A stretch of 32,000 bases of DNA from Snodgrassella alvi (lineage in GTDB: Bacteria; Pseudomonadota; Gammaproteobacteria; Burkholderiales; Neisseriaceae), in contig NZ_CP160328.2 in the NCBI RefSeq assembly GCF_040741455.2, positions 1,645,701-1,677,700 on the forward strand, read 5' to 3'. The position numbers and the translations under genes were made by a program. Below, piece by piece: positions 18,106-27,594 of this stretch (position 1 is the first letter of the stretch; the number at the start of each line of letters is the position of its first letter). The notes below the pieces were generated by a model. It was given only the letters and a program-made list of their open reading frames with translations, had not been told where the DNA came from and made no database searches.

Positions 18106-18551
18106 CATTTGATGATGAAATCAAAATAAAAATCTCTCAATTATCTGACCCACCAAAACTAATAGATAATTGGGAAGATATTGCAGATAAATTATCTGAT
18201 TCTTTTAATTGGAAAGGATCAAAGATTGACTGGAAAAAAACTATTAACTATAAAAGTAGTCAACTTTTTGGAAACTATTCTAATTGGGTATTGGTAATAA
18301 AAAAATTCATATATGATAATGAGATATGTGCTGAAATAAAAAAAAGTAAAGTAATTTATTATATAAATGATTCGTCTTTAAATTTTGCAGTGCAATTAAC
18401 TTATAAACAATTTGATAATTTTCTTGCGTTTGCTGTTGAAAATATTCCTCAACATCATTATTTTTTTGATTCATCAAATAAGTGGTGTCTAGTTATAAGT
18501 TCAGAAGGGTATGTTGATTTTGGACTATCCCAGAAAAATTTACAAACATAA
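18102..18551 (+). CDS. immunity protein candidate for the orphan toxin
   Basis: 149-aa AT-rich ORF whose ATG overlaps the orphan toxin's stop (ATGA at 18102-18105). No signal peptide and no recognisable family. Confidence 0.6.
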   Translation: MTFDDEIKIKISQLSDPPKLIDNWEDIADKLSDSFNWKGSKIDWKKTINYKSSQLFGNYSNWVLVIKKFIYDNEICAEIKKSKVIYYINDSSLNFAVQLTYKQFDNFLAFAVENIPQHHYFFDSSNKWCLVISSEGYVDFGLSQKNLQT

Positions 18552-18576
18552 AAAATAAAGTTGATACAATTTTGTC

Positions 18577-18749
18577 TTTGATACTGCAGCTGACCTACTC
18601 GACAAAAGACGCAACCAAGACTGCCGCACCGAAAACCAAAACTTCGTACGCTTTATCTAAATAATCCACGTCGGCAAGAATACTTAGCTGTGGCGGATGA
18701 ACATTTAAAAAATAATACCAAATCCAAAGCAGGTGGAAAGAAATGTTAA
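18577..18749 (+). pseudogene. decayed rhs core remnant (homologous to about 15473-15590) running into a short open tail that ends over the next gene's start
   Basis: Example alignment: tttgatactgcagctgacctactcgacaaaagacgcaaccaagac versus tacgatgccgctgccaacctgctggataaaagacgcaacgaagac. The homologous frame contains stops. A different frame stays open for about 30 codons (..EYLAVADEHLKNNTKSKAGGKKC) and stops at 18747-18749, overlapping the ATG at 18743. Confidence 0.6.
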
Positions 18750-19252
18750 CAAAAAAACAACGTAGTCAAGAAAATACAGTATTCGGCGTCTATATAAAAG
18801 AGGGATTGTATTCATTAGCGCAATCCAGAAAAAACCATTGGATGGAGTTTTTTAATATATTTGGTGATAAAGATGAATGGGATGGGGTAGACCTGAATAA
18901 GGTTAATATTTTGTTTACCTATTCAGTAGCTGCACACAGACTTAAAGAGTTATTAGTTTCTATACAAGATGAACATGTACGAAAAAATGTACGCCCACAG
19001 GAGTCCAAAATTATCACTTATACAGGTCCATTAGCTGAAAAAATAGGTCTGGTGGAAATGGATGACAGATATGATACCGTAGATAATAAAGTTTTGATTC
19101 CTCAGTTAACCGTAAAAGACCACTTAGAAATTATTCATACAAAAGAGTATGCAGGAATGCATGGAGATTCTAAAGAAATTCAAAATCGCCTACTAAAATT
19201 CTATGAAAATGGCATTAATTGGAATGAATCTCAAAGGTTTTTTTTCCCCTGA
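18743..19252 (+). CDS. orphan immunity-like protein (no intact toxin upstream)
   Basis: 169-aa ORF with the RBS AGGTGGA. It lies in the rhs orphan array immediately after a truncated rhs remnant, with an ATGTTAA start/stop overlap. No recognisable family. Confidence 0.5.
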   Translation: MLTKKQRSQENTVFGVYIKEGLYSLAQSRKNHWMEFFNIFGDKDEWDGVDLNKVNILFTYSVAAHRLKELLVSIQDEHVRKNVRPQESKIITYTGPLAEKIGLVEMDDRYDTVDNKVLIPQLTVKDHLEIIHTKEYAGMHGDSKEIQNRLLKFYENGINWNESQRFFFP

Positions 19253-19454
19253 TGTAACATCGCCAGCACCTACCCAAAAACCTTTAACCAAAGAAGATTA
19301 TTTGCACTAGTATAAAAACTTGAATGCAAAAACTTTATTAAGGTTTGGATGGAACAAGTTATAACTATAGTCTACTAAATAGGAAAAGAACGAGGTTGCC
19401 AAGATAAATTTTGAAGAGCTAATCTGCTTTTAATTTATCACCTTTCCCAAATTA

Positions 19455-19922
19455 CCATTACATTGACCGTAGCCGAAGCCAACACATCATTTCAGCTACA
19501 GTTCTAAGAATATGCTTCTAAGCGAAACCAACGCATAAGGCACACGCAGCCATCACTACAATTAACTAAGTAAACAAATTACCACCATACGCCCGCAGCC
19601 TTCAATATACCTACGACGCACACGGACGTACCCACAGCAGACAGATCGCCAGTGGTACCCAGAGTATTGCCACTACGATGCCGAACACTGCCTAATCGAA
19701 GTTCGTATCGAAAACAGAATCATTCTGTACGATATGGATAGGTATAACATGTTTTAGCCCGACGAAAATAGCCAATAGATACGGTAGTTAAAATTCAAAA
19801 TCTCACCTTTTTTATGGGATGAATTAAAAATTATTCAGGAAGCGGTGTCGGGTGAACGGCACTGCGTATACGTCTATACTGATGCAGAAGGTTACGCACT
19901 ACCGGCTGGCATTAATAGAAAC
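19455..19922 (+). pseudogene. heavily AT-decayed rhs core remnant (pieces homologous to about 14960-15115 and about 15570-15900), truncated before the DPxGL end
   Basis: Example 1: cagccatcactacaattaactaagtaaacaaattaccaccatacgcccg versus cagccatcagtacgaccaactgggcaaccgcatcgccaccaccttgcccg. Example 2: caatatacctacgacgcacacggacgtacccacagcagacagatcgccag versus caatacacctacgacgcacacggccgtacccacagcaaacagaccgccag. There are multiple stops in every frame. Confidence 0.75.
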
Positions 19923-20318
19923 TCAAACATTAACATAATATATATTTCATTGTTATTTTCAAATTAAGAAAGCTGTTATTAATCAAAAAAAATATTTAAA
20001 TTAAATTGCATATATTGCTAAGTATAAATATTAATAATTGTTATAGTATTCGATTTTTACATCTAATGCATAATTTTAGTTATTATTTTTGCATATTTTT
20101 ATAAATAACGCTTTAATTTTTTATTTTAAATTAGTTTAAATAACAATTTAATTTGCATTAATTGATTATTTTTGATATTATTCTTTCGCGGTTGAGATGG
20201 GTGTGAATCTTCCCGAAGAGGATGATAATACTAAAGAATTTATTTTATAAATATCTTTATCTCATCGTTAATTATTAAATCATAATAATTTAACAGAAAA
20301 TAAAGTGAGGAAAATTAA

Positions 20319-21218
20319 ATGATAAATATAACTAAACCTTGTAAAGTCGTTAAAACAAAATATCCCATTGTACTTGTACATGGTTTGTTTGGCTTCGATC
20401 GGATTATGGGTTATCCCTATTTCTTTAATATTGCTGAATCTTTAAGAAAACTGGGTTGTGAAGTTTATACTGCTGCTGTTTCTGCAACCAATACTACCGA
20501 AACCCGTGGTGAACAGTTGCTGACAGAAGTGAAGCAGATACTGGCAAAAACCTGTGCTAAAAAGGTTAATCTGATTGGACATAGCCAGGGTGCGCCTACC
20601 AGCCGTTATGTGGCTGCTCTTCATCCGGAGCTGGTGGCATCTGTAACTTCTGTAAATGGTGTGAATTTTGGTTCCGAAATTGCAGATTTGATGCTGGATA
20701 TTCTTGCTGGGAAGATTGTAGGTGAAACTGCTGATCTGATTGTTGAATCATTCATGAAATTTATCAGTTTATTCAGTACCAAACCTTTGCTGCCACAGGA
20801 TTTTGAAGGTTCACTGAAAAGTTTGTCTACTGCAGGTACAAATGAGTTCAATAAAAAGTATCCACAAGGTCTTCCAAAAACTTGGGGTGGACAGGGTAAA
20901 GAACTGGAAACCAATGGTGTTTACTATTACTCTTGGAGTGGTATTATCAAATCAAATGTGGTCAATGAAGGTGTAAATACTCTGGATCCATCACATGCTA
21001 TTTTGGTTGCCTTAAGTGCTTTATTTACTAAAGAACGCAACCAGAATGATGGTTTGGTTGGCCGTTATTGTACTCATTTGGGTAAAGTTATCCGTTCTGA
21101 CTATCAGATGGATCACTTAGATGCAATCAATCAAATTGCAGGTGCTCATCCGACTACACCAGATCCAGTCAGCATTTATTTGGATCATGCTGCACGTTTG
21201 AAATCTAAAGGTCTGTAA
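20319..21218 (+). CDS. triacylglycerol lipase, bacterial family I type (alpha/beta hydrolase), no signal peptide
   Basis: 299 aa with the [22 protein letters not shown] is the oxyanion-loop region. GHSQGA is the nucleophile elbow. MDHLDAINQ is the catalytic-His block typical of Pseudomonas/Proteus-type lipases. The protein starts directly at the mature-domain equivalent. Confidence 0.85.
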   Translation: MINITKPCKVVKTKYPIVLVHGLFGFDRIMGYPYFFNIAESLRKLGCEVYTAAVSATNTTETRGEQLLTEVKQILAKTCAKKVNLIGHSQGAPTSRYVAALHPELVASVTSVNGVNFGSEIADLMLDILAGKIVGETADLIVESFMKFISLFSTKPLLPQDFEGSLKSLSTAGTNEFNKKYPQGLPKTWGGQGKELETNGVYYYSWSGIIKSNVVNEGVNTLDPSHAILVALSALFTKERNQNDGLVGRYCTHLGKVIRSDYQMDHLDAINQIAGAHPTTPDPVSIYLDHAARLKSKGL

Positions 21219-21320
21219 TTTAGATTCAATATACTGAGAATAATAACTATAAGTATATTTTGGATTGATAAACTGTCTTGAACAAGTGAAGTAGTATCAA
21301 AGCTTACTTGTCTGCAAGGA

Positions 21321-21354
21321 CTGAATCCTGTGAATAACAGGATTCAGTTTTTTT
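21321..21354 (+). terminator. rho-independent terminator downstream of the lipase gene
   Basis: A perfect 10-bp stem ctgaatcctg / caggattcag with loop tgaataa, followed by a 7-T run. Confidence 0.75.
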
Positions 21355-21615
21355 ATATGTGTATTTTCTGAAAAGAATGCGCAATCAGGCTGAATAAAAG
21401 TGGAGTTATTCTGTAACTAAGGTATTTGGTTTGTTGGTTCCAATATATGGCATTCAAATTTCTTCACTATATATTAAATAAATATTAGAAATTATGAGAG
21501 ATGGATGTGATGTATACAGGTTAACATTAACTAAAATGTAAATGTCAAAATATATTAACCCTATATGTATATTATGTGTTAATATTATACTTATGTTTAT
21601 AAAGGTTAATTTATT

Positions 21616-24093
21616 ATGAAATCTATTCATCCGCCATCGAAACTTAAAGCTTTAATGCTGGGAGTGCTAAGTTCTTTATCAGTTTATAGTATGGCTGCAG
21701 TAACGATATGCCCTGCTATAGATGGCTGCGAGTTTAATCCTTCTGAAAATAATAGTAATAAAATAGTTATTGCTGCGGGTCAATACCGGAATGGCATACC
21801 TACTGTAGAGGAATTTAAAAAATTATTTAATGAAGATGATGTTCCTGGGGATACATATCTTCGAAATTTGACTGTGCTTAATATTGGCTATATACCAGAA
21901 TCAACTACTTTAGGACAGCAGGTGGAATTTTCGCCAAACACTGAAATTATCATTGATTCATCGTTTTTGAATAATGCTGAATATGGACCATTTAGACAGG
22001 ATATTGAATATACAGGGGTTCGTTTCAATTCAGAAAAAGGTACTACAAAATTTGTGATACCGAAGGGCGTTCATTTTAGTTTGCAGGGTCAGCCAAAAGA
22101 ATTAGAGTTTGGTATTACTGGCGTGAGTCTAGATGGCGGTTATTTAAATTCAAATGCGGATTTTTCTATTACTGCGCCAAATTCTAATGCTTATGATATT
22201 GGATGGGGTACAGCAGACATTTCTAATTCTGTAATTAATCTTGGCAAAAATAGTGATTTTTCCACAGCAATTTATTTAGGTGGTGAATATGATAATAAAG
22301 AAGCGGTAACTAATATAAATAATTTAGAAATAGATGGGGCTGGTTATGGAAATGGTGGTATTGCATTGGCAGGAATTGGTAATAAGAATATTAGAGCCAA
22401 TGTTACTAATACGAAAATAAATCTTACCAATCCCTTCAGCGAAGCTTTCTTTTTCAATAATGGGGGAATCATTGATGTTGCAAATAGTAAAGTACAGGCT
22501 GGAATAGGTATAGCCTTACAATCTACTCAGGATTACGCTTCTGAAAATATATTCAATATAAAAAATAGTAGCCTGACTGGCCAAAATGCACTACTTGGTG
22601 TCAATGACCACCGATATTATCCCGCAGATGCGACGGAGGATGATGCTATAGGTGATGCTGATGTGGCTGCGCTTCAGCCCTTTACCTTAACTGCAGATAA
22701 TTCAACGTTAGCAGGACGAGTTTATATCGATCAAGATCCATCTCTGGCACCTAAGATTACATTTAATCTAAATAATGGTACATCATGGCTGATTGACGGT
22801 AATAGTGTACTGGATGAACTGAATATTCATGATTCGTCTGTTTCTTTCAGCAACGATGGGAAATTCAAAACACTAAAGATTAATGGCGATTTAACTGGTA
22901 ATAATAGCCAGTTTAATATGAATACCAGTCTGGCTGATGGCAAATCAGATAAAATAGAAATTCACGGTCAGGTACATGGCCAGCATAGAATCAGTGTGTC
23001 TGATAGTCGCAAACGCCCCAAAACACCGAATGGACAAGTGACGCTGGTGGAGTCTGAGGGTGGTGATGGTTCCTTTTCTATGGTGCAGCCCTATGTTGAT
23101 GCGGGTAAGTATCGTTATTTCTTCCATCAGAATGGCAATAATTGGATTCTGAGTAATGATAATGGTGCTGCTTCATCTGGTGGTAGCCATTATGGACCGC
23201 AGTATGAAATCAGTGATTTTGCTAATTCATTGATCAGTATGCGCCAGGCAGCGAACCAGTATATTTATCAGATGCAAGAACCGTTAAATACACGTTTTAT
23301 GCGCCGTAAAGATCAGTCTGTTGCTAATAATCTGTGGCTGGACAGTAATTATGCCAATAACCATTTCGATAGTGTGGGTACTAATGATGGATTGGCTACT
23401 TCAGGCTTTAAACAAAAATCTTATAGTCTGCAATTAGGTTATGATCATCTGCTGCCGCTGGGAAATGAAAACAATCAGATATATCTAGGGGGTTTGGTAG
23501 GACAAGGCCATTCCAGTGTGGATTTTTATGGCAACTATAAAAATGGTAACCTGAAAGCGCTGACAGCAGGAATTTATGCTGGCTGGAACCATACCAGCGG
23601 CTGGTTTGCTGATGCTGCCTATCGTTACAGCCATTTGAAAGCCAGTGCCAGCAAGATGGATAACACAACATGGCATAGTAATAGTTTAAGTGCAGATCTT
23701 GGTAAAGATTTTTCCTTGGCAGATAAGTGGGTAGTTACGCCTAAAGCTGGTATGACATTCGGACGTTTGTCTGGAGATGCATACAACAGTAGTACCACTT
23801 TTTACCGTAGCCAGCTTGGGGCGGCAGTTAGAACTTCAGTAGCTCTGAATAAAATAACGCTCCATCCATATGCAGGTGCTTACTGGTTGCATGATAAGAA
23901 CAGTTTGGGACATGCTTTTGTAGATGACAGTAATATGCGTATTGCCGGCGCAGGTAATAGTGGTTTGTATGAAGCTGGTCTGGGTATGGACTTTAATGCG
24001 AGTAATCATGCAGATTTAAAACTGGATTACGCCAATGGTCAGCATACAGAGCAGAAATTTGGTATCAATCTGAATTATCGTTATTCGTGGTAA
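21616..24093 (+). CDS. classical (type Va) autotransporter: signal peptide, beta-helical passenger, C-terminal beta-barrel
   Basis: 825 aa. N-terminal signal (KALMLGVLSSLSVYSMAAV). The passenger is Gly/Asn-rich and repetitive. An autotransporter-type junction is present (KFKTLKINGDLTGNNSQFNMNTSLADGKSDKIEIHG). The barrel has alternating aromatic strands and ends in NLNYRYSW. Confidence 0.88.
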   Translation: MKSIHPPSKLKALMLGVLSSLSVYSMAAVTICPAIDGCEFNPSENNSNKIVIAAGQYRNGIPTVEEFKKLFNEDDVPGDTYLRNLTVLNIGYIPESTTLGQQVEFSPNTEIIIDSSFLNNAEYGPFRQDIEYTGVRFNSEKGTTKFVIPKGVHFSLQGQPKELEFGITGVSLDGGYLNSNADFSITAPNSNAYDIGWGTADISNSVINLGKNSDFSTAIYLGGEYDNKEAVTNINNLEIDGAGYGNGGIALAGIGNKNIRANVTNTKINLTNPFSEAFFFNNGGIIDVANSKVQAGIGIALQSTQDYASENIFNIKNSSLTGQNALLGVNDHRYYPADATEDDAIGDADVAALQPFTLTADNSTLAGRVYIDQDPSLAPKITFNLNNGTSWLIDGNSVLDELNIHDSSVSFSNDGKFKTLKINGDLTGNNSQFNMNTSLADGKSDKIEIHGQVHGQHRISVSDSRKRPKTPNGQVTLVESEGGDGSFSMVQPYVDAGKYRYFFHQNGNNWILSNDNGAASSGGSHYGPQYEISDFANSLISMRQAANQYIYQMQEPLNTRFMRRKDQSVANNLWLDSNYANNHFDSVGTNDGLATSGFKQKSYSLQLGYDHLLPLGNENNQIYLGGLVGQGHSSVDFYGNYKNGNLKALTAGIYAGWNHTSGWFADAAYRYSHLKASASKMDNTTWHSNSLSADLGKDFSLADKWVVTPKAGMTFGRLSGDAYNSSTTFYRSQLGAAVRTSVALNKITLHPYAGAYWLHDKNSLGHAFVDDSNMRIAGAGNSGLYEAGLGMDFNASNHADLKLDYANGQHTEQKFGINLNYRYSW

Positions 24094-24110
24094 GCCATTA
24101 TATTTTTGTT

Positions 24111-24138
24111 AATGCGCCGGTTTTCCGGCGCATTTTTT
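24111..24138. terminator. bidirectional rho-independent terminator between the convergent autotransporter and pgl genes
   Basis: Stem aatgcgccgg / ccggcgcatt with loop tttt, followed by a T-run on the + strand. It abuts the pgl stop codon. Confidence 0.8.
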
Positions 24139-24835
24139 ATTGAGCCAGATATATTTGTAAAGGTAGCTTCTGCTGGTGTAGAACTGCACGTATGGGCATA
24201 TCGTTAATATTTTTGCCGGCAAGTGCTTGTTCTAATACCTGCTGCTGTTTTTTCCCGTTTAATTGCAGATATAAATGGCGGCTGTTTAGGATAACCGGTA
24301 AGGTCAGTGAAATACGATCATGAGGGGCGGTAAGAGGTTTCATATCGATTACCAGTCTGTCAGATTGCATGTCTATTCCTTTATACAGATTTTCTGCGTG
24401 CGGAAACAATGATGCAGTATGACCGTCATCGCCCATTCCCAAAACCAATGCATCAATAGGTAAGGGTAGTGATTGCTGAAGACGTGTCTGAATTTCATCC
24501 ACGCCATCATAGGGATTTTCAGCAATAGTTTTGAGGCTAATGAAATGCGCGTCTTTTGCTTTATTTTGTAATAAATGGGTATGAATTAGACGCTCATTAC
24601 TGTCTTCGTGATGTTTGTCTACCCAACGTTCATCAACAAGGGTTATGTAAACTTGATTCCACGCTATCTGTGCCTGACTGAGAATCTGAAAGAGTTCAAC
24701 AGGTGTCGGGCCTCCGGATACTGCCAGTGAGGCTTTACTGCGCAGATTAATTGCATTTTGCAGGTTCGCAGTAATGGCTGTGGCCAATGCTGTATTCATT
24801 GCAGTAGGGGTGTCAAAAAGATGTAACTGATACAT
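24137..24835 (-). CDS. pgl: 6-phosphogluconolactonase
   Basis: 232 aa. Contains the SGGPTP and LGMGDDGHTASLFP signature blocks of the Pgl/NagB superfamily. RBS GGAGG. Confidence 0.88.
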   Translation of the reverse strand: MYQLHLFDTPTAMNTALATAITANLQNAINLRSKASLAVSGGPTPVELFQILSQAQIAWNQVYITLVDERWVDKHHEDSNERLIHTHLLQNKAKDAHFISLKTIAENPYDGVDEIQTRLQQSLPLPIDALVLGMGDDGHTASLFPHAENLYKGIDMQSDRLVIDMKPLTAPHDRISLTLPVILNSRHLYLQLNGKKQQQVLEQALAGKNINDMPIRAVLHQQKLPLQIYLAQ

Positions 24836-25348
24836 GCTTGCCTCCGATAATAATGGATATGCATTCGGTTTTATTACAAATTTCTTTTTCTTTTATCAAA
24901 TAAATATTATTTACTTTCAATTGGTTAATAAGTTGTGTTTGCGGATAATTATTGTTAAAGGGCAATATTGTTTGTGATAAACAACGGTATGGATATTTAT
25001 TAAAATATCTGATTTTGTAGTGAGTTGAGATTGATTACGGCAACTGTCGGATTATCAAGATATTGTCATAAATATTTTTAAGACTAATAAAAATTTTAAT
25101 GTGAATGGGGTTAAGGCTACGGAAAGCTTAGGCTGATGGTGTTAAGTTATCGCTGTTACCGAAAGTTTTTTTGTAATTAATTTGTTTGATTGTTAGTTCG
25201 GAGGGGGTTTTACGTGTCAAACTCGCTGTTTTGTCTTAGAATAGGCGGTTAATTTTTATTTGTTATTGCCTGAATTTTATAACTTGTTTGATGTTTCAGG
25301 TAGGGCAGTAGTTTATTAAGAATTACTGCGTATGGTATGAGGATGCAT

Positions 25349-26872
25349 ATGAGCGAACAGCAGAATGCGCCGGCGGCGGCCGCGCATGAAGAACAACTGG
25401 ATGAAAACCAGATTATGGCCCATCGCCGTGAGAAGCTGGCGGCAATTCGTGCTGAGGGGATTGCTTTTCCGAATGATTTCAAACGTGATGCTTTTGCTGG
25501 TGATTTACACCAGCAATTTGAGCAGTTTGATAAGGATGAGCTGGCGAACAAAGCTATTCCGGTAAAGGTAGCTGGGCGAATTATGCTGAAACGTCATATG
25601 GGTAAGGCTAGTTTTGCCACAATTCAGGATATGACTGGGCGTATTCAGCTGTATATTAATAATCAGGGTGTTGGTGAAGAACTGCACGATGCGTTTAAGC
25701 ACTGGGATTTGGGTGATATTGTCGGTGCTGAAGGTGAGCTGATGAAAACCAATCATGGCGAACTGACTGTTCGAGTTTCTGGCCTACGCTTACTGACTAA
25801 ATCATTGCGCCCATTGCCTGATAAATTCCATGGACTGGCTGATCAAGAGCAGAAATATCGGCAGCGTTATGTGGATCTGATTACGAATGAACAGACGCGG
25901 GATACGTTTGTTAAACGCAGCCGGATTATTCAGGCTGTGCGGAATGTAATGGTAAGTGAGCGTTATTTGGAAGTGGAAACGCCGATGATGCATCCGATTC
26001 CGGGTGGAGCTACGGCGAAGCCGTTTGTAACGCACCACAATGCCCTAGATATGGATCTGTTTTTGCGGGTAGCTCCTGAGTTGTATTTGAAACGGCTGGT
26101 TGTAGGTGGTCTGGAGAGGGTGTTTGAAATCAACCGCAATTTCCGCAATGAAGGTATGAGTACGCGCCATAATCCTGAATTTACCATGATGGAATTTTAT
26201 GAAGCATATGGTGATTATCAGCGCATGATGGATATGACGGAAAAGGTCATTCGTGCTGCTGCTATTGAGGCTACTGGTAGCGCTGTTGTAAGTTATAACG
26301 GAAAGAATGTGGATTTAAGCCAGCCGTTTGCACGAATGACTATTGTTGAAGCAATTAAACATTTCAATCCGCAATATCTAGATGCGCAACTGGCTGATGC
26401 TGAATGGCTAAAAACTGAAATCAAAAAGCTGGGTGGAGCCTTACCGGTTTCTCAGGCTGTAGGCAGTTTACAGCTGGCCTTGTTTGAGGAGTGTGCTGAA
26501 GCGCAGCTATGGCAGCCGACATTTATTGTAGATTATCCGGTAGAAGTGTCACCGCTGGCACGCGCGTCTGATACCAAACCAGGTTTGACCGAACGTTTTG
26601 AGCTGTTTGTGGTTGGACGTGAATTGGCAAATGGATATTCAGAATTAAATGACCCAGAAGATCAGGCAGCACGTTTCCGTGAGCAGGTAGCACAGTTGGA
26701 TGCTGGAGACGATGAGGCCATGCATTTTGATGCAGATTATATTCGTGCGATGGAATATGGTTTGCCTCCTACGGGTGGTTGTGGCATTGGCATGGATCGT
26801 TTGATTATGCTTTTGACTGATGCGCAGACAATCAGGGATGTAATCCTGTTTCCGCAAATGCGCTTGGCGTAA
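25349..26872 (+). CDS. lysS: lysine--tRNA ligase (class II)
   Basis: I prefer the start at ATG 25349 (MSEQQ..), which has GAGGA 5 nt upstream, over 25337. An OB-fold anticodon-binding region is followed by class II motifs ([27 protein letters not shown]). Confidence 0.95.
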   Translation: MSEQQNAPAAAAHEEQLDENQIMAHRREKLAAIRAEGIAFPNDFKRDAFAGDLHQQFEQFDKDELANKAIPVKVAGRIMLKRHMGKASFATIQDMTGRIQLYINNQGVGEELHDAFKHWDLGDIVGAEGELMKTNHGELTVRVSGLRLLTKSLRPLPDKFHGLADQEQKYRQRYVDLITNEQTRDTFVKRSRIIQAVRNVMVSERYLEVETPMMHPIPGGATAKPFVTHHNALDMDLFLRVAPELYLKRLVVGGLERVFEINRNFRNEGMSTRHNPEFTMMEFYEAYGDYQRMMDMTEKVIRAAAIEATGSAVVSYNGKNVDLSQPFARMTIVEAIKHFNPQYLDAQLADAEWLKTEIKKLGGALPVSQAVGSLQLALFEECAEAQLWQPTFIVDYPVEVSPLARASDTKPGLTERFELFVVGRELANGYSELNDPEDQAARFREQVAQLDAGDDEAMHFDADYIRAMEYGLPPTGGCGIGMDRLIMLLTDAQTIRDVILFPQMRLA

Positions 26873-26886
26873 ATAATCTGGAAGAA

Positions 26887-26927
26887 AAAAGCCGCCGGCT
26901 GAATGCTGTGCGGCTTTTGTTTTTTTT
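26887..26927. terminator. bidirectional rho-independent terminator between lysS and fxsA
   Basis: Stem aaaagccgc / gcggctttt (26887-26895 / 26910-26918), flanked by an A-run on the left and a long T-run on the right. Confidence 0.7.
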
Positions 26928-26932
26928 ACAGG

Positions 26933-27388
26933 TTATTCATGGGGCAGTTGCTGATTGTTGTGTGGGTGCTTTACATTGCCTGTTTCAACGGTGAATTCTC
27001 CTTCAATAATGTCACCACGCTCTGGTTGAGACTGGCCGGTAAAAGGATTGTTGTTTGTGCTGTTTAATGGCTTACCACTGATGGGTAAGAGCAATAATAT
27101 AGCGATAATGTCTGATACGAAGCCTGGGCTGATAAGCATGATGGCAGCGAGCACATAACGCAGCGGCCATAGTAACTGGTAAAGTGAAACATTGCTGCCG
27201 GTACGGATGGTTGCTATGGCAAGAAATAGTCCAGATACACCGATATTGCGCAGCATAAAAATGCCGCATGCTATCGATAGAATGATAATCAGCAAAGTCC
27301 AGCCTGCACCAATCAGATTGCTGACCAGAATAATGGAAATTACTTCCAATGCTGCCAGTATCAGTATAGCCCAGCTCAAATATCGCAT
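26933..27388 (-). CDS. fxsA: FxsA-family inner-membrane protein
   Basis: 151 aa with multiple TM helices. The N-terminus (LEVISIILVSNLIGAGWTLLIIILSIACGIFMLR) is typical of FxsA/UPF0716. Confidence 0.75.
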   Translation of the reverse strand: MRYLSWAILILAALEVISIILVSNLIGAGWTLLIIILSIACGIFMLRNIGVSGLFLAIATIRTGSNVSLYQLLWPLRYVLAAIMLISPGFVSDIIAILLLLPISGKPLNSTNNNPFTGQSQPERGDIIEGEFTVETGNVKHPHNNQQLPHE

Positions 27389-27594
27389 GTAAGTTTCCCT
27401 TAATTAAGCAATAACAGTTTTTACAGATGGTTGCGGGTTGGAGGAATTCAATATGGACATCTTAAAACTGTTTGTTTATTGTTGGCATGCAGACCCTTGC
27501 TGGACGATGTGAGGGCAAAGCTATGTTAATATCAACCTCAAATTAGCTTTAACCGTTATGCTATACGGATGTATGTTGCGGCTGGGATGGAGTA

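Noticed and set aside
20197-20250. 17-codon mini-ORF (MGVNLPEEDDNTKEFIL) in a slightly GC-richer patch upstream of the lipase gene, considered as a leader peptide.
   Set aside because: There is no RBS, no attenuator-like structure and no supporting pattern. It is indistinguishable from chance.
20319-21218. Lipase considered as a T6SS Tle-type phospholipase effector.
   Set aside because: Its sequence is that of a classical family I lipase rather than the Tle families I know. It has no adjacent immunity gene, vgrG or PAAR. It is separated from the T6SS genes by a dead rhs fossil and AT-rich DNA. It is kept only as an open question about export.
25249-25551. 100-aa minus-strand ORF overlapping the lysS 5' end, plus other antisense ORFs within lysS.
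   Set aside because: They lie opposite a highly conserved housekeeping gene. The products are low-complexity and Ser/Cys/Ala-rich, with no independent signals.
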